From Somniosus microcephalus (taxonomy: Eukaryota), in contig CM126203.1 of NCBI GenBank assembly GCA_052327205.1, forward strand, positions 36,766,001 through 36,830,000: 64,000 bases of DNA, read 5' to 3'. The notes beneath the pieces were generated by a model. That model made no database searches, was not told the DNA's origin, and was given only the letters and a program-made list of their open reading frames with translations. The translations under genes and the position numbers were made by a program. Below are positions 50,233 to 64,000 of this stretch, piece after piece; position 1 is the stretch's first letter, and every line of letters begins with the position of its first letter.

Positions 50233-50346
50233 TTATTTTCTACTTTTGTTATTTATTAATCATAGAATGCAAATGTTTTAGTTTCAATCACATTACCTCA
50301 AAAATATCCCCCAAGATAGTGACCTTGACAGTTCCAGTTCCTCTTT

Positions 50347-50885
50347 CAACAACAACAACAACTTGGTTTAGGTTTATGGGGGGAATTCTGGAGCTTAGAG
50401 CCTAGGCTGCTAAAGGCACAGCTGCCAATGGCGGAGCAATGAAAATCGGGGATGCGCGAGAGGCGAAAATTGGAACAGTCGTGTCTAGAGGTAACAAAGG
50501 AATGGATGAGGGTTTCATCAGCAGGTGAGCTGATGCAGGGGCGGAGATGGTCGATGTTATGCAGCTGGAATTTGGTGGCGTGGGTGATGGAGACGACATG
50601 GGGTCGGAAGTTCAAATAGGACACCATAGTGGCAAAAAGGCTGGGTTGGCCTCAGACAGTGGCCAGGAGAAAGGGATTGAGTCAATGGGTAAGGAACGGA
50701 GTTTGTGACGAGGACAAAAGATAATGGTTTTGTTCTTCTCAATATTTAATTGTAGGAAATTTCTGCTCATCCAATACTGGATGTGGGACAAGCAGCGTGG
50801 CAAAAGAGAGGCAGTAGTAGGGTCAAGAGATGTAGTGGTGAGGTAGAACTGGGTGCTGTCAGAATGCATATGGATCCTGACATTC
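50347..50885 (-). mobile_element. L2 LINE RT fragment with deletions
   Basis: HMHSDSTQFY (decayed YADDTQLY)...CLSHIQYWMSRNFLQLN. (TTG)n tail near 50347-50362. Confidence 0.8.
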
Positions 50886-50975
50886 ATTCACTCTATATTC
50901 ACTCCATATATAGACCTAAAATTAAAATGTATCACATGACGAATACATAAAGTGGCTCAAAGGGAGAGCCAGTGT

Positions 50976-52436
50976 TCGATAGACTCTGGCACAGTTGCCA
51001 TGGATTGGAGGGTAACTAATGTAACTCCATTATTTAAAAAAGGTGGTAGAGAGAAAACGGGGAATTATAGACCGGTAAGCCTGACATCGGTAGTGGGGAA
51101 AATGCTCGAGTCCATTATAAAAGATAGAATAGCAGAGCACTTGGAAAACAGTGACAACATGGATTTGCAAAAGGTAAATTGTGCTTGACTAATCTACTGG
51201 AATTTTTTGAGGATGTAACTGGTAGAATAGATAAGGGAGAACCAGTGGATGTGGTGTATTTGGACTTTCAGAAGGCTTTCGATAAGGTCACGCATAAGAG
51301 ATTAGCGTGTAAAGTTAAAGCACATGGGATTGGGGGTAAGGTACTGACTTGGATAGAGAACTGGTTGGCAGTCAGGAAGCAAAGAGCTGGAATAAATGGG
51401 TCTTTTTTCGAGTGGCAGGCAGTGACTAGTGGGGTACTGCAGGGATCGGTGCTAGGACCCCAGCTATTCACAATTAACGATCTAGACGAGGGAACTAAAT
51501 GTAATATCTCCAAGTTTGCAAATGACACAAAGCTGGGTGGGCATGTGTGCTGTGAGGAGGATGCCGAGAAACTCATGTATGATTTGGACAGGTTGGGTGA
51601 TTGGGCAGATGCATGTATAATGTTGATAAATGCGAGGTATCCACTTTGGTGGCAAAAACAGGAAGACAGATTATTATCTGAACGGCAATAGATTGGGAGA
51701 AGGGGAAGTGCAACCAGACCTGGGTGTCCTTGTGCACCAGTTGCTGAAGGTAAGCATGCAGGTGCAGCAGGTGGTTAAGAAGGCAAAAGTTATGTTGGCC
51801 TTCATAGCGAGAGGATTCGAGTACAGGAGCAAGGATGACTTGCTGCAGTTCTACAGGGCCTTGTTAAGACTGCACCTTGAGTATTGTGTGCAGTTTTGGT
51901 CACCTCATCTGAGGAAGGATGTTCTTGCCATGGAGGGAGTGCAGCGAAGATTCACCAGACTGATACCTGGGATGGCAGGAATGACGTATGAGGAGAGATT
52001 GGGTCGATTGGGCTTATATTCGCTGGAGTTCAGAAGAATGAGAGGGGATCTCATTGAAACTTATAAAATTCTAACAGGACAAGACAGACTAGATGCAGGT
52101 AGGATGTTCTCGATGGCGGGGGAGTCCAGAACCAGGGGTCACAGTCTAAGGATAAGGGGTAAGCCATTTAGGACAGAGATGAGGAGGAATTTCTTCACCC
52201 AGAGAGTGGTGAACCTGTGAATTCTCTAACACAAAAGGCAGTTGAGGCCAATTCATTAAATATATTCAAGAAGGAGTTAGATATATTTCTTAATGCTAAA
52301 GGGATCAAGGGATATGGGGAGAAAGCAGGGACAGGGTACTGAATTTGGATGATCAGCCATGATCTCATTAAATGGCGGAGCAGGCTCGAGGGGCCGAATG
52401 GCCTACTCCTGCTCCTATCTTCTATGTTTCTATGTT
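50976..52436 (+). mobile_element. CR1 LINE family A, 5'-truncated RT + 3' UTR
   Basis: Colinear with and highly similar to 7475-8968. FANDTK motif and TTCTATGT tail. Confidence 0.95.
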
Positions 52437-54874
52437 AATTGTTTGAAAGGCATCACCGACAGCAGCAACAGCACGGTCTTTTTGGGAGCCTGTGGTACTG
52501 ACAGGCGTGGAGCAGAAAATCATCGCCTAGATTAATCTATTGTGAGATGGAAAAAGTGATCCTGTTGAAAGTAAAGAGAAAATCTATGAAGTATGAAAGA
52601 GAGAGAGAGAATCTGGTGAGCAGGGGCTAGAGGGAGATAAACCATGTTGAAGGAAGTAAGACATCTCTGTACTGTTAGGAATGGGAGGAATGGCTGCCAC
52701 CAAAAATAGCAATAAAAAAAATGAATGTGGAGCCAGAAGAATCAGGAGTGCTCCTCTCAGCTGCACAGCACTCCTGAGGGCGGCTGCTGGCCATGATCAG
52801 CCCCTTTCCTGCTGTTCTCCCCCATCTCAGCTGACCCCCATCCCTCCGGTGCTTACCTCTGGCCACTGTTGGCAAGGCAGGTGACCCGAAATTCGATCCT
52901 GCAGAAGGACAGGCATGACAGGCATTGGAAACTACACAGATGAGACTCGAGGCCCAATTTCGGGCTGGCCTCAGTCCTCCCGGCTCCAGCCGCTGATGAA
53001 TTTCTACCGCAGAATTCTTTTAATCACTATGAGCAATGCCAGATCTTCAGCTCTTTCAGCAAGGCATACATTTTATTAGAGACTGTAGTGTGGCGCATAC
53101 TGTGCCAGCACTCAATGCTACCTTGTGCATTTCTGCAAGTGCTATAATACCATTTGAGCTGGAGTGTAATCGTATATAAAGTTCCCTAAAATGCTGCCAG
53201 TAATGGATTTATCCTTTTACTTTTTATAGGCAGTTGTGTGTTTAAAGTTGATGTAAATTCAATAACAAAATCAATTACAATTAAGTGCAATTAAGGGTAA
53301 AGAACTGGCACTCAAGCCATTTTTGTTGTAACGCGATTGGCTTCATGAATGCTTGGCAACAGTTTAATAAAAAATGTTCCGGTGGTAGTTCATTGGAGGT
53401 GTAAACCATTTCTACCGGGACGCGTGCAATTATCGCCAAAATAACAGTAATTCAGGTGAACATTGGTCGAGGCCCATTTTTTCCAGCGGCGCTTCAACAA
53501 CACGTGGCCCAACCAGGAGGCCCGGCACCAGTGCACAATTGATCTTGGAGCCTCTTCAGCATTATTTGCATGAGCTGCAGCTGCTTGTTATACCTCCACA
53601 AGTAGCTTGCGTATTTTACTAAGATGAAAATAGGGCCGCTTGCCTCGTCTTAAGCAACCCAAAGGTAAGTCGTAGGAGGGGGCTTGGAGTGGGAATAGGG
53701 AGGCTGGGGGGGTGGGGTGGTGGGGGGACGGGGATGATCGCAAGGACTGTAGAGTCAGAGAAACACTCCTACTCCTTCTGGCTCCACAGGAACACTTTTT
53801 TAATTTAATAAAATAGTAAACTTACTGACATGAATCAGTCATTCATGAAAGAAAGACTTATGAAATAATACTGAGCAGCCTACGGGTGGCGCTGTCCAGG
53901 GAGAGTATAAATACTCGGGCATGGGCCCAGCTTGCGCAGGACATTCTTAACAGGAACTAGTGAAGGACACAACTAGATCTCCATGTTGTAAAACAGTTGA
54001 TTAAAGCTTTGTTTAACACTTAGACCAAGTGCCTAGTAGTTTTCTTATGTCACTTACCTGTTGTCGGCAGGCCGCTGTTTAGGCCACAATGGCCGCTGTA
54101 GTACGCTGTGCGGGCTAAATCAGCTCCTGCTCCACTCATCAAAAAACAATTCCCCAGGAGACCCTTAAACAGACGCTAGGCCCCTCATTAACCTCTGCCA
54201 GGAGCCTAACAACTGTTTTAAATGACAGCCCAGGACACCTTAAAGGTGGGCCTGACTAACTTAGCAGTGGCCCGAACCCATGTGCAGATTCGATGCGGGC
54301 CATCTCGCTGCTAAATTTGTCATCCAAGACAGCCAATCTAGCGCCTGCCCACTTTTGAGGAGGTGGTTGCTCAGGCCCCTCCCAGACCCCATGGTGTCCC
54401 CTCTTGGCCCCCCTGTGTAAGGGAGGCATTCCTGAATTGATTTTAAATTCTCCAGTCCTGAGGGATGGGTCGTGTCTTTGATCTGGACCCCACGGTGGAG
54501 CCAACTTGGTCCCATCTAGAGGCTGGTTTGCCTCACCTCACCCAGCATACCAGTCTCCAGTCAAATAAGCCAAAGAAGCAGAACCTCTTTTCGCAGGGAG
54601 TCCCTGTTCCCAGTTCCGCCCCCTGCCCCGGGGCCACCCCCAGCATCATTTGCTTTTTAAGGGGCTGTCTGAGGTTCCTCCGCTTGTATGGCTGCCTGGA
54701 AAATCCCAGTACCTTGCACAACCTGGCATCACCATTTTCTGGAATTCTTCAGCAGTTACAATGGACTCCAATGGAACCCCGAAGAACAGTGCTTCCTAGT
54801 ATCTGCTATTCTTTATGTGAGTTTATACAAGTGTGTGCATAATAAAATATGTAAATATATGTACATAATAATAG

Positions 54875-55378
54875 CCCCCATATTTCCGGGGAGGCGAAAG
54901 GGAAAAGGGGCGCGTGTCTGCGGCTGTGAAACCTGGAAATACCGGAATGGCGGAGGTCTGACAAATTTAACGGCAGGACCTCATTGGAATTTTTTTACTC
55001 TGTTGCCTGCCCGGCAGCCAGCCAGATTGAAGGATGACCAGCTGCGGGGCGGGTAAGTCTACGGTAGGAGGCCGGAGCTGGGGACGGGCCCCGGCAATCG
55101 GCGAAGATCGGGCATTGGTGGGGGGCTGTTCGGAGTGAGGCAGCGAGCAGGCAGGGAGAGATCGAGGAGTGGGTGGGCGAGAGAAACGGAGCCCCATTTA
55201 AATATTATAATCACTGACATGGCCCTCCAGAGCCGGTCACTCAGACGCCCCAAACCCGCTGCAGTTAAACAGGAAGTAGGCGTGTTCACAATGGGTTGTG
55301 GTCATGTTTCCCATTTTTCCCAAATTAACCTCCCACCGACCCCAACCTGCCCATCATGGGGGCTTTAAAATTCCTCCC
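54875..55378. mobile_element. Harbinger-type MITE, same family as 3577-4651
   Basis: Shared internal blocks. Right end TTAAAATTCCTCCC. Confidence 0.55.
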
Positions 55379-55389
55379 ATTCAAAAGGT

Positions 55390-56690
55390 AATGGCAGTAA
55401 ACGGTCCATTGCTAAGCCATACAGACTAGGCTTAGATTCCAAATGAGATCCCTGGTCTGTGTTGATCTAGCTGACCTCACCTGGACTGGCAGCGAAGGTG
55501 CTACAGTTTGCCTCTGCATACCTGGGATAGGAAGTAGAAAAATCTCCTATTGGCTATGCTGCAACCCAGTAGAAAGTAAGTATGGCCGAGATTTGGTCAC
55601 CTCGGTGGGTCTGGGGCGGGCGGTGTCCCTGGCGGGTCGCGCACCCACTGCTGGCTCTATCCCGCTGTGCAGAATGAACTTACCTTAATGGGGCTTGTTA
55701 AGCCTGCCCAGTGTGTCTCCCGGCCCAATTAGAAGGAGCGGGTCTGGTGACATCATTCATGATGTGTCTTGAGCCAAGCATCAAGTGAAGTAAATGTGGC
55801 CATGGTGAGGCCATCCCTAGCCTCCCGGGCAGCAATATGCTCGGGTGCTGATGCCCTCTGCCCTGTGCAACATCAGGTGATTGCGGAGAAGGTTGGTGCT
55901 GTTGTTGGTGTTACTGGTGTGCCTGGTGCTGCTGGTGTTGGGGCTGATTGTGGTCGGATTCTGAGGACTAAGGTGAGACAGTATAAAGGGCACCCATGTT
56001 GATGGAATAGATGGCAGGTGAAGTAGAGATGACAGAAGCGATCTGTCAATGGTGAGAGAGTTCTTCCAATGAGTGGAAAGGGGAAAGCCTGCAGAATCTG
56101 TGCTGGAGATGGACTGAGAAAGAGCCTGTGGCTGAGGAAAGTGAGGATCTGTCAGGTGGGAGCTTTTACTGTACATTTGAAGCTGTCAAGTAATCAGCAG
56201 GAGGAATGGCCACTGAACCACGCCTCAGGTTGACAGTTGTGGTACCCGCACAGTGCGGTTCCCGTGGTCATGCAGTTAAAGTCAAAAGGTAAGTTAAAAA
56301 AGCCTGTTAAGCATCTGTGAACTAGATGCAAATGATTTTATTTGGATCGCCCACCGCTGCCGGCCGGGTCTGCTCAGCGTTGACAGACCCGACATTGGGA
56401 AAGGCGTGTGGCAGCGGGTTGACAGCAGGTTCCTGAACCACTGTCAAAAAATGTTTTTTCCCACCCAACCTGCCAACAATCCCGCCCGCTAACTCCCCAC
56501 AATATCTCAGCCTATATGTGGATATTGGGTGTGGACATGATTAGGATTGAACTTGGCTGTAAGGTCACACCAATAGAATGGTTGGCTGATGCTCACTGTT
56601 ACATAAAGAATGGCCACTTGGACAAGGCACCAATGGCCCGCTGTGGCCTGTGGAAATGTACCCTGTCATTATTTGGGGGCAGGGGAGAGG
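55390..56690 (+). mobile_element. Old SINE (family of 2479-2890) split by a Harbinger derivative
   Basis: 55390-55583 and 56513-56690 rejoin colinearly with 2479-2890. Confidence 0.55.
55584..56512. mobile_element. Non-autonomous Harbinger derivative
   Basis: TIRs GGCCGAGAT and ATCTCAGCC, TSD TAT. The interior matches 45566-45650 and 46445-46730. Confidence 0.75.
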
Positions 56691-57489
56691 GTTGCAGGTA
56701 TTTAGCTATCTGTCATGATGGACAACGTCAAAATCAGTAAAGCAGCTACTGCAGAGGTAAAGAGAGTCCATCTAAGAAGTAAATGGATGGCAGGTTTAAA
56801 TGTTAAATATCTGAATTGTGTTCCCCCTGCAGTTTAAATTAGATACATGAGCCCTGAATCTCCATGGAGGTTCAGCCAGTTTTTCTGCCGTAAATCCAGT
56901 GAGAGACTGACAAAATCTGCAGGAAAATGGCAGAAACCCGGTCACATTGGGACTCAGCCAATTCTGCTTTTTCTTTGCCTTGTAATGGCCATAACTTCCA
57001 TCTGCCACTTACAAGACAACTGACAGGCAGGGGGTAGGGGCAAAGGTGGGGGACTCTCTCAGACAGGAGTTCCCTCTCCCGGGTCCTCAGCATTGTAGTA
57101 ATAGTCGGTACACCGAGTGACTGGAGGCTACTACAACACCAGCCTCCGCAAAAGCCAATGCAGGCCCCACTGGTGGGGTACAGGCCAAACAGGTGGCCTG
57201 GATGGCTGAAGAAGGTAAATTATTGTTTTTTACAACTTTATGCAGATTAACATTCTTGCTCAAGGGATCGAGGGAAATGTTGGATCGGGCGGAGCCTGAG
57301 CAAACCATCCCCCCACCCCACCCACTGATATACCAAAGCCAAAGTTTCTAGCGGCAGGTGGGCACCAAAGCCATGTCCATTGTGTTGCTTGTACCCGTCT
57401 ATCATTTAAATGAGTTGCCCTCCCACTGACACTGAAAACTCCAGCAGGGTCAACGCTAGAGGGCACCACCAGGCATGTCAAGTTAGGTT

Positions 57490-58567
57490 CAAAACTGACT
57501 CGGAGACAGGAAGCAGAGGGTAATGGTTGATGGGTATTTTTGCGACTGAAAGGTTGTTTCCAGTGGGGTTGTGCAGGGCTCAGTACTAGGTCCCTTGCTT
57601 TTTGTGGTATATATCAACGTTCTTGACTTGAATATAAGGGGTATGATTAAGAAGTTTTCAGATGATACTAAAACCGGCTATGTGATTGATACTGAAGAAG
57701 GAAGCTGTAGACTGCAGGAAGATATCAATAAATTGGTCAGGTGGGCAGAACAGTGGCAAATGAAATTCAATCCGGAGAAGTGTGCATTTGGGGAGGGCTA
57801 ACAAGGAAAGGGAATACACATTAAATGGTAGGACACTGAGTAGTGTGGAGGAACAAAAAGACTTTGGAGTGCATGTCCACAGGTAGCAGGCCAAGTGGAT
57901 AAGGTGGTTAAGAAGGCATACGGAATGCTTGCCTTTATTAGCCGTGGCATAGAATACAAGAGCAGGGGGGTTATGCTTCAACTGTATAAAACACTAGTTA
58001 GGCCTCAGCTAGAGTACTGCGTGCAGTTCTGGTCACCACATTACAGGAAAGATGTGATTGCACTAGAGAGGGTACAGAGGAGATTTACAAGGATGTTGCC
58101 GGGAGTAGAGAATCTTAGCTATGAGGAAAGACTGGATAGGCTGGGTCTGTCTTCCTTGGAAAATAGGAGGCTGAGGGGAGACCTTATTGAGGTGTATAAA
58201 GTTATGAGGGGTATAGATAAAGTGGATAATAAGGACCTATTTCCTTTAGCAGAAGGGTCAAAAACCAGGGGGCACAGATTTAAAGTAATTGGTGGAAGGT
58301 TTAGAGGGGATTTGAGGGGAAATGTCTTCACCCAGATGGTTGTGGGGGTCTGGAACTCACTGCCTGAAAGGGTGGTAGATGCAGGAACCCTAACCACATT
58401 AAAAAGTACTTGGATGTGCACTTGGGATGTTGTAACCTGCAGGGCTACAGACCAAGAGCTGGGAAGTGGGATTAGGCTGGATACCTCTTTGTTGGCCGGC
58501 GTGGACACGATGGGCCGAAATGGCCTCCTTCCATGCTGTAACTTTCTTTGATTCTATGAATCTATGA
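57490..58567 (+). mobile_element. CR1 LINE family C, 5'-truncated
   Basis: QGSVLGPLLF, KFSDDTK, LEYCVQFWSP and RRLRGDLIEVYK. Tail TTCTATGAATCTATGA. Confidence 0.93.
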
Positions 58568-59469
58568 TAATCGACCTGAGGGATTTCAGGGTCATGGCTG
58601 GAATCACATCATCTCCGAGAAATATTGTGTGTGGTGCTCAACAGAAATCGATATGGGTTCAAGGTCAATGTCAGATGTGGTTAGATGACAGTCCTTTACA
58701 ATTTTATAGATACATTTCATTTTTACATCCATAGACTAATTGTGCCAAGCAAAACCGAGGAGTTGGAATTTTTCTGCAGCCAACAAAGGTCATGGATCAA
58801 AAGAACATGGAATAATTTCAACAAGAGTGCATACAGGAAAATCTTTGAAACAACTATCTAAATGCAGAAATGGCACTGAGGTTCTCAAAGAGTTAAAGCT
58901 TTTATTTAAATTTGGGCATGCAAAGCTGAGCTGAAGATTCTGAGAGGGAGGCCCCATCCACAGACTAAACCTCTCTCTCTCTCTCCCATGGTTTTATAAG
59001 TGTCTGCAATGAGTTACCCTCTCCATCGTGCCCCTACTGATAGAAACAGTTGTCTAACTGTATCGGCTAAAGGATACAGTTTATCCCTCCATCTATTTGA
59101 ATTTGATACCAAAGCTGGCTACACTTACTTTATGGAAACAATAGTGAGGAGTCAGTGACTGCTGTTGTGTTTTGATAGAGAGGGGACAGTGCCGTGGCAA
59201 ACTAGATTGGCCTTCATAACTAGGCGCAAACCACATAAAAGGCAAGCAGCCATTGACTGTGTTTTGTGGCTGGCCTATGCTTTGTGACAGAACAAAACCA
59301 GAAATGCAGCGTGAGAGGTAAGCTCTCTACAGTTATACGGCATCATACAAAAAAGTTTTTTCTTTGCTTCGATTTGTAAAATGGCAATGGGTTCATTAAA
59401 GTGTTCAACAAATTGAAAACGAAAAGACATCACATTAATTTTAACCCAGAGCCATCAGTTATGGGGAAA

Positions 59470-59578
59470 AAACTGGGGTGGTTGGGGATTAAATTGGACA
59501 GCTCTTTCAAAGAGCCAGCACAAGAATGATGGGCCAAATGGCCTCCTTCTCTACTGTAAGATACTATGATTCTGTGAT
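59470..59578 (+). mobile_element. Short CR1-type 3' tail fragment
   Basis: GATGGGCCAAATGGCCTCCTTC...CTATGATTCTGTGA, like the end of 57490-58567. Confidence 0.6.
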
Positions 59579-60184
59579 CAGGGTCGATTCTCTTCTTTGG
59601 CACTTGAGGAACACTCATTTTTATGTTAGAAACACTTTCCATTAAGCCAGTAACCATTTAAATAGTTGCAATTATTATGGATCAACATTAAAAAGCCAGT
59701 AAGGAAATTGTCTTTTTTTACAATATAATAATAATAATAATAATAAATGTTTTCTGGAATGATAGTACTGTTTTCCTTTCAGTTATTGTCATTAGATTAG
59801 CAACAGAAATCACACTCCTTGCACGTATATGTGTATTTGACCTTGCTACATCATTGTTCCCGTACAATCAGCCAGCATAACTTAGCACTCTCCATTTATA
59901 TCACTACGCAACTGGAGCCAATATGATTTTGCAAGGGCAGCACAATGAGGGTATAATTCAGAATCTCATTAAAGATACTTTCCTTCACAGTAATCTGCAA
60001 GTGTTATGTAGCATTGCTCATGTTAACTGCCTCAAAACAAAAAACACTTAACCAAGTTATAATTTGTATGGCTGTGTTATTGAGGTTGTTTTACTTGATA
60101 CCACTGACTAGGAATTGTTCTTTTTCCTCAGGGTATATACAACAAAACAAAAAGCAAGGGAGTACTCCTCCCCCTCCCCCACCC

Positions 60185-60405
60185 CCGGTGTCCTGACCAA
60201 TATGTATCCCTCAACCAAGATCACCAAAACCGATTATCTGGTCATTATCTCATTACTGTTTGTGGGAGCTTGCTGTGCGCAAATTGGCTGCCGTGTTTCC
60301 TACATTACAACAGTGGCTACACTTCAAAAGTACTTAATTGACTGTAAAGCGCCTTGAGATGTCCTGAGGTAGTGAAAGGTGCTATATAAATGCAAATTCC
60401 TTTTA
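60185..60405 (+). mobile_element. SacSINE1-like SINE, 3' half
   Basis: Reverse complement of 26170-26380. Confidence 0.8.
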
Positions 60406-61254
60406 TAACAAGTGCAAGAATGGCACAAGCTCAAACTGTGGAGTGTAAATCAGGACTGGGCACAGTCAACAGTATAATTTGAACTCTGCCACACAATCCG
60501 TAGACAAGATTAAAATAGCTGGTCAAGGATTTCAAGGATTCTACTGAACCAGCGTAATCAAACATATTAAAGGAAAAAATCCCATTCATCGGACTCTGAT
60601 TTTCCTACAATTTTCCATAATAACTGTAATAATGATTGTATTTTAGGCAACCCTTCTCCATCATAAGGAAAGGGCACAGTATTGTTGGAAGAAATGTTGG
60701 TAATTATGGATATATAAATTCCCATCATAATGTGTGCTTCAAATACACATGCCGCTATGAATAGGCTTTTTGTACTGCTATAATGATGTAGGCAGTCGCT
60801 AATTTCTAAAGTCTGGTCCACTGTTTCTGGTAGATTTCAGTGAGGGTGTTTCAAGCTGCAGTTCATAGTTTTGTGATTGCATTTTTATAGAATTATTATT
60901 TGATCATTTACATGTTAAGTGTTCGATAGGCTTTGTAAATGTTTACTCAGACAAAACCTTTTATGCAAGAATCCAGCTTTCAGTACAACATTAATTTACA
61001 TAAGAACACAAGAACATTTAGAAACAACAAAAGGACCTTTAGACCCGACAAGTTCCATGTTCCAAAAATAAATCACCCCACATGCCCACTTTCTCACACT
61101 TGAGATGATGGGCCACAATTTGCGGCCCCTACGTGCATGCGAAGCTTCTGCCCAGTGAATGCCCATGAAATTCTTATGTCTGATAAAAGCAGATGTAAAA
61201 ATAATTTTTTATCAATCATATATACATTAAAAAACCTGTGCAATGAGTTAAGGA

Positions 61255-63434
61255 GGGAATGGTAGCATAGTGGTAATGTTACTGGGCTAGTAATCCAGAA
61301 GCCTGGACTAATGATCTCAGAAATGTAAGTTCAAATCTTATCCACAGGAATTTAAATTCAGTTAATTCAATAAATCTGAAATAAAAAGCTAGTAACAATA
61401 ATAGTAGCCATGAAACTATCGGATTGTCGTAAAAACCCATCTGGGTCACTAATGTATTTTAGGGAAGGAAATCTGCCATCCTTACCCGGTCTGGCCTATA
61501 TGTGGCTGCGAGACCCACAGCAATGTGGTTGACTCTTAACTGCCCTCTGAAATGGCCTAGCAAACCAATCAGATGTAGCAAACCACTATGCAACACAATA
61601 ATAAGAACAAAGCCGGATGGACCACCCAGCTATGGACACGGTACCTAAAAATGAGGTGCCAACCTGGGGAAGCAGCATGCTATAGGCAGGGCTAAGTGAT
61701 CCCACAATCAACGGCAGTCCTGCCACATCCAGTTGTGAACCATTAAACAACTGACAGGAGGAGGAGGAGGCTTCATGAATATCCCCATCCTCAATGATGA
61801 TGGAGCCCAGCACGTGAGTGTAAAAGACAAGGCAACCATCTTGGTGCCGAGTGGATGATCCATATCGACCTCCTCCTGAAGGCCCCACATCACAGAAGCC
61901 AGTCTTCAGACAATTCGATTCACTCCACGTGATATCAAGAAACAGCTGAGTGCACTGGACTATGGCCCGCAACAACATCCTGGCTATCGTGCTGAAGACC
62001 TGTGCTCCAGAAATAGCCAAGCTGTTCCAGTACAGCTACAACACTGGCATCTATCCGACAATGTGGAAAACTGTCCAGGACAAATCCAATCCAGTCAATT
62101 ACTGGCCCATCAGTCTAGTCGCAATCATCAGCAAAGTGATGGAAGGTGTCATCGGCAGTGCTATCAAGTGGCACTTTACTCACCAATAACCTGCTCACTG
62201 TTTGGGTTCCACCAAGACCACTCGGCTCCTGACCTCATTACAGCCTTGGTCTAAACATGGAGCTGAATTCAAGAGGTGAGGTCAGAGTGACTGCCCTTGA
62301 CATCAATGCAGCATTTGACTGAAAGTGGCATCAAGAGGCCCTAGTAAAACTGAAGTCAATGGGAATTGGGGTGAAAACACTCCACTGGCTGGAATCATAC
62401 GTAGCACAAAGGAAGATGGTTGTGGTGGTTGAAGATCAATCATCACAGCCCCAGGACATTGCTGCAGGATTTCCCCAGGGAAGTATCCTACCCAATCATC
62501 TTTAGCTGCTTCATCAATGACCTTCCCTCCAACATAAGGTCAGAAATGGGGATGTTCGCCGATGACCGCACAGTGTTCAGTGCCATTCACAACTCCTCAG
62601 ATAATGAAGCAGTCTATGTCCGCATGCAACAAGACTTGGACGACGTTCAGGCTTGGGCTGATAAATATCAGGTAACATTCGTGCCACACAAATGTCTATC
62701 TCCCACAAGCGAGAGCCTAACCACCTCCCCGTGACATTCAACGGCATTAACATTGCTGAATCCCCCACCATCAACTTCCTAGGGGTCACCATAGACCAGA
62801 AACTTAATGGACTAGCCACATAAATACTATGACAACAAGAGCAGGTCAGAGGCTAGGTATTCTGCAATGAGTGTCTCACTTCCTGACTCCCCAAAGCCTT
62901 TCCACCATTTACAAGCATGAGTGTGATGGAATACTCTCCACTTGCCTGGATGAGTGCAGCTCCAACAACACTCAAGAAGCTTGACACCCTCCAGGACAAA
63001 GCAGCCTGATTGATTGGCACCGCATCCACCACCTTAAACATTCACTCCCTCCACCACTGGCGTACTGTGGCTGCAGTGTGTACCATCTACAAGATGCACT
63101 GCAGCAACTCGCCAAGACCTCTTCAGCAGCACCTCCCAAACCCGTGACCTCTTCCACCTAGAAGGACAAGGGCAGCAGGGGCATGGGAACACCACCACCT
63201 CCAAGTTCCCCTCCAAGTCGCCAACCATACTGACTTAGAAATATATCGCCGATCCTTCATCATCGTTGGGTCAAAATCCTGGAACTCCCTCCCTAACAGC
63301 ACTGTGGGAGTACCTTCACCACACGGACTGCAGCAGTTCAAGGCGGCGGCTCACCACCACAAGGACAGTTAGGGATTTGCAACAAATGCTGGCTTTGCCA
63401 GTGACACCCACATTCCATAAACAAATCTTAAAAA
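61255..63434 (+). mobile_element. LINE family B derivative with tRNA-like 5' head and many internal deletions
   Basis: A box TAGCATAGTGG (61263-61273) and B box GTTCAAATC (61329-61337). RT remnants include MFADD near 62551. The 3' end is as at 17880-17919. Confidence 0.85.
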
Positions 63435-63588
63435 GCTATTTTTAGCCCCTTTAAAACATTTAAATTTATTTTTCAAAAAAATTAATTTTTGTATTAAATA
63501 TTTAAATAAATGGCATTTTAATTAATTTTAAATATGTAATGTTTTTTTTTCATTTATTTGATGTGTAGATGTATTTTTTTGGGATATT

Positions 63589-63643
63589 CCCATTCATGCT
63601 TATGGGATTTCCGTACATACGGAATCCCCATAAGCATAAATGG
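63589..63643. repeat. Near-perfect 55-bp palindrome
   Basis: CCCATTCATGCTTATGGGATTTCCGTA-CA-TACGGAATCCCATAAGCATAAATGGG (1 mismatch, 1 indel). Confidence 0.9.
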
Positions 63644-64000
63644 GGACCCCCCTTCTGCCATTCGTCAGGCTGGCCCACGTGATCCCAGGGGTGCTTGCGA
63701 TCCACATGCGCTCCTGGGATACATGGGCCTCTACCCGCGGGTACCCGGAGAGGCCCAGGACCGCGAGTCTCCGTACCTCCCGGACCACCAGGTACGTGGG
63801 CATTTTACATCATTCCATTACAGAGTTTGCTGGCACTTGCACGATCTGATCATTTTCACCAAATACAGCACACCCAATCGATCTTCCTGATATCATTAAA
63901 GGACTGGCTGCTGTATTTTCATTGCTGCTTACAAAATTGCTATCTTAGAAATCACACATTTCAAACCTGTGTTTTCCTGTGATTTTGGTAGTCGTTCATT

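Noticed and set aside
52440-54450. Several GC-richer patches resembling MITE fragments (also 24340-25100, 48860-49560, 56820-57480)
   Set aside because: I could not pair TIRs or define TSDs by eye, so they are not reported as features.

Overview
This is eukaryotic, repeat-dominated DNA. It is most likely from a cartilaginous fish (shark), judged from SacSINE1-type Deu-domain SINEs and shark-type CR1/L2 LINEs recalled from memory, with no database search run. I recognise no host protein-coding exon, and no prokaryotic feature. The window is a stack of nested transposons. There are two large PIF/Harbinger elements (9918-24147 and 29438-38863) with intron-containing Myb/SANT genes; the second also has a HARBI1-like transposase. 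Each hosts a full-length Gypsy provirus just upstream of its Myb gene: CsRn1-clade at 19654-24036 and Mag-clade at 29615-34753. A Penelope/Poseidon element carries 856-bp inverted arms and hammerhead ribozymes (14051-17286). Three related, unusually long solo LTRs (1.37-1.51 kb) have 4-bp TSDs. There are also many CR1/L2 LINE copies, Harbinger-type MITEs and tRNA SINEs, and a 5S rRNA-derived SINE with a Rex1-type tail (about 28533-28888). All coding remnants are disrupted.
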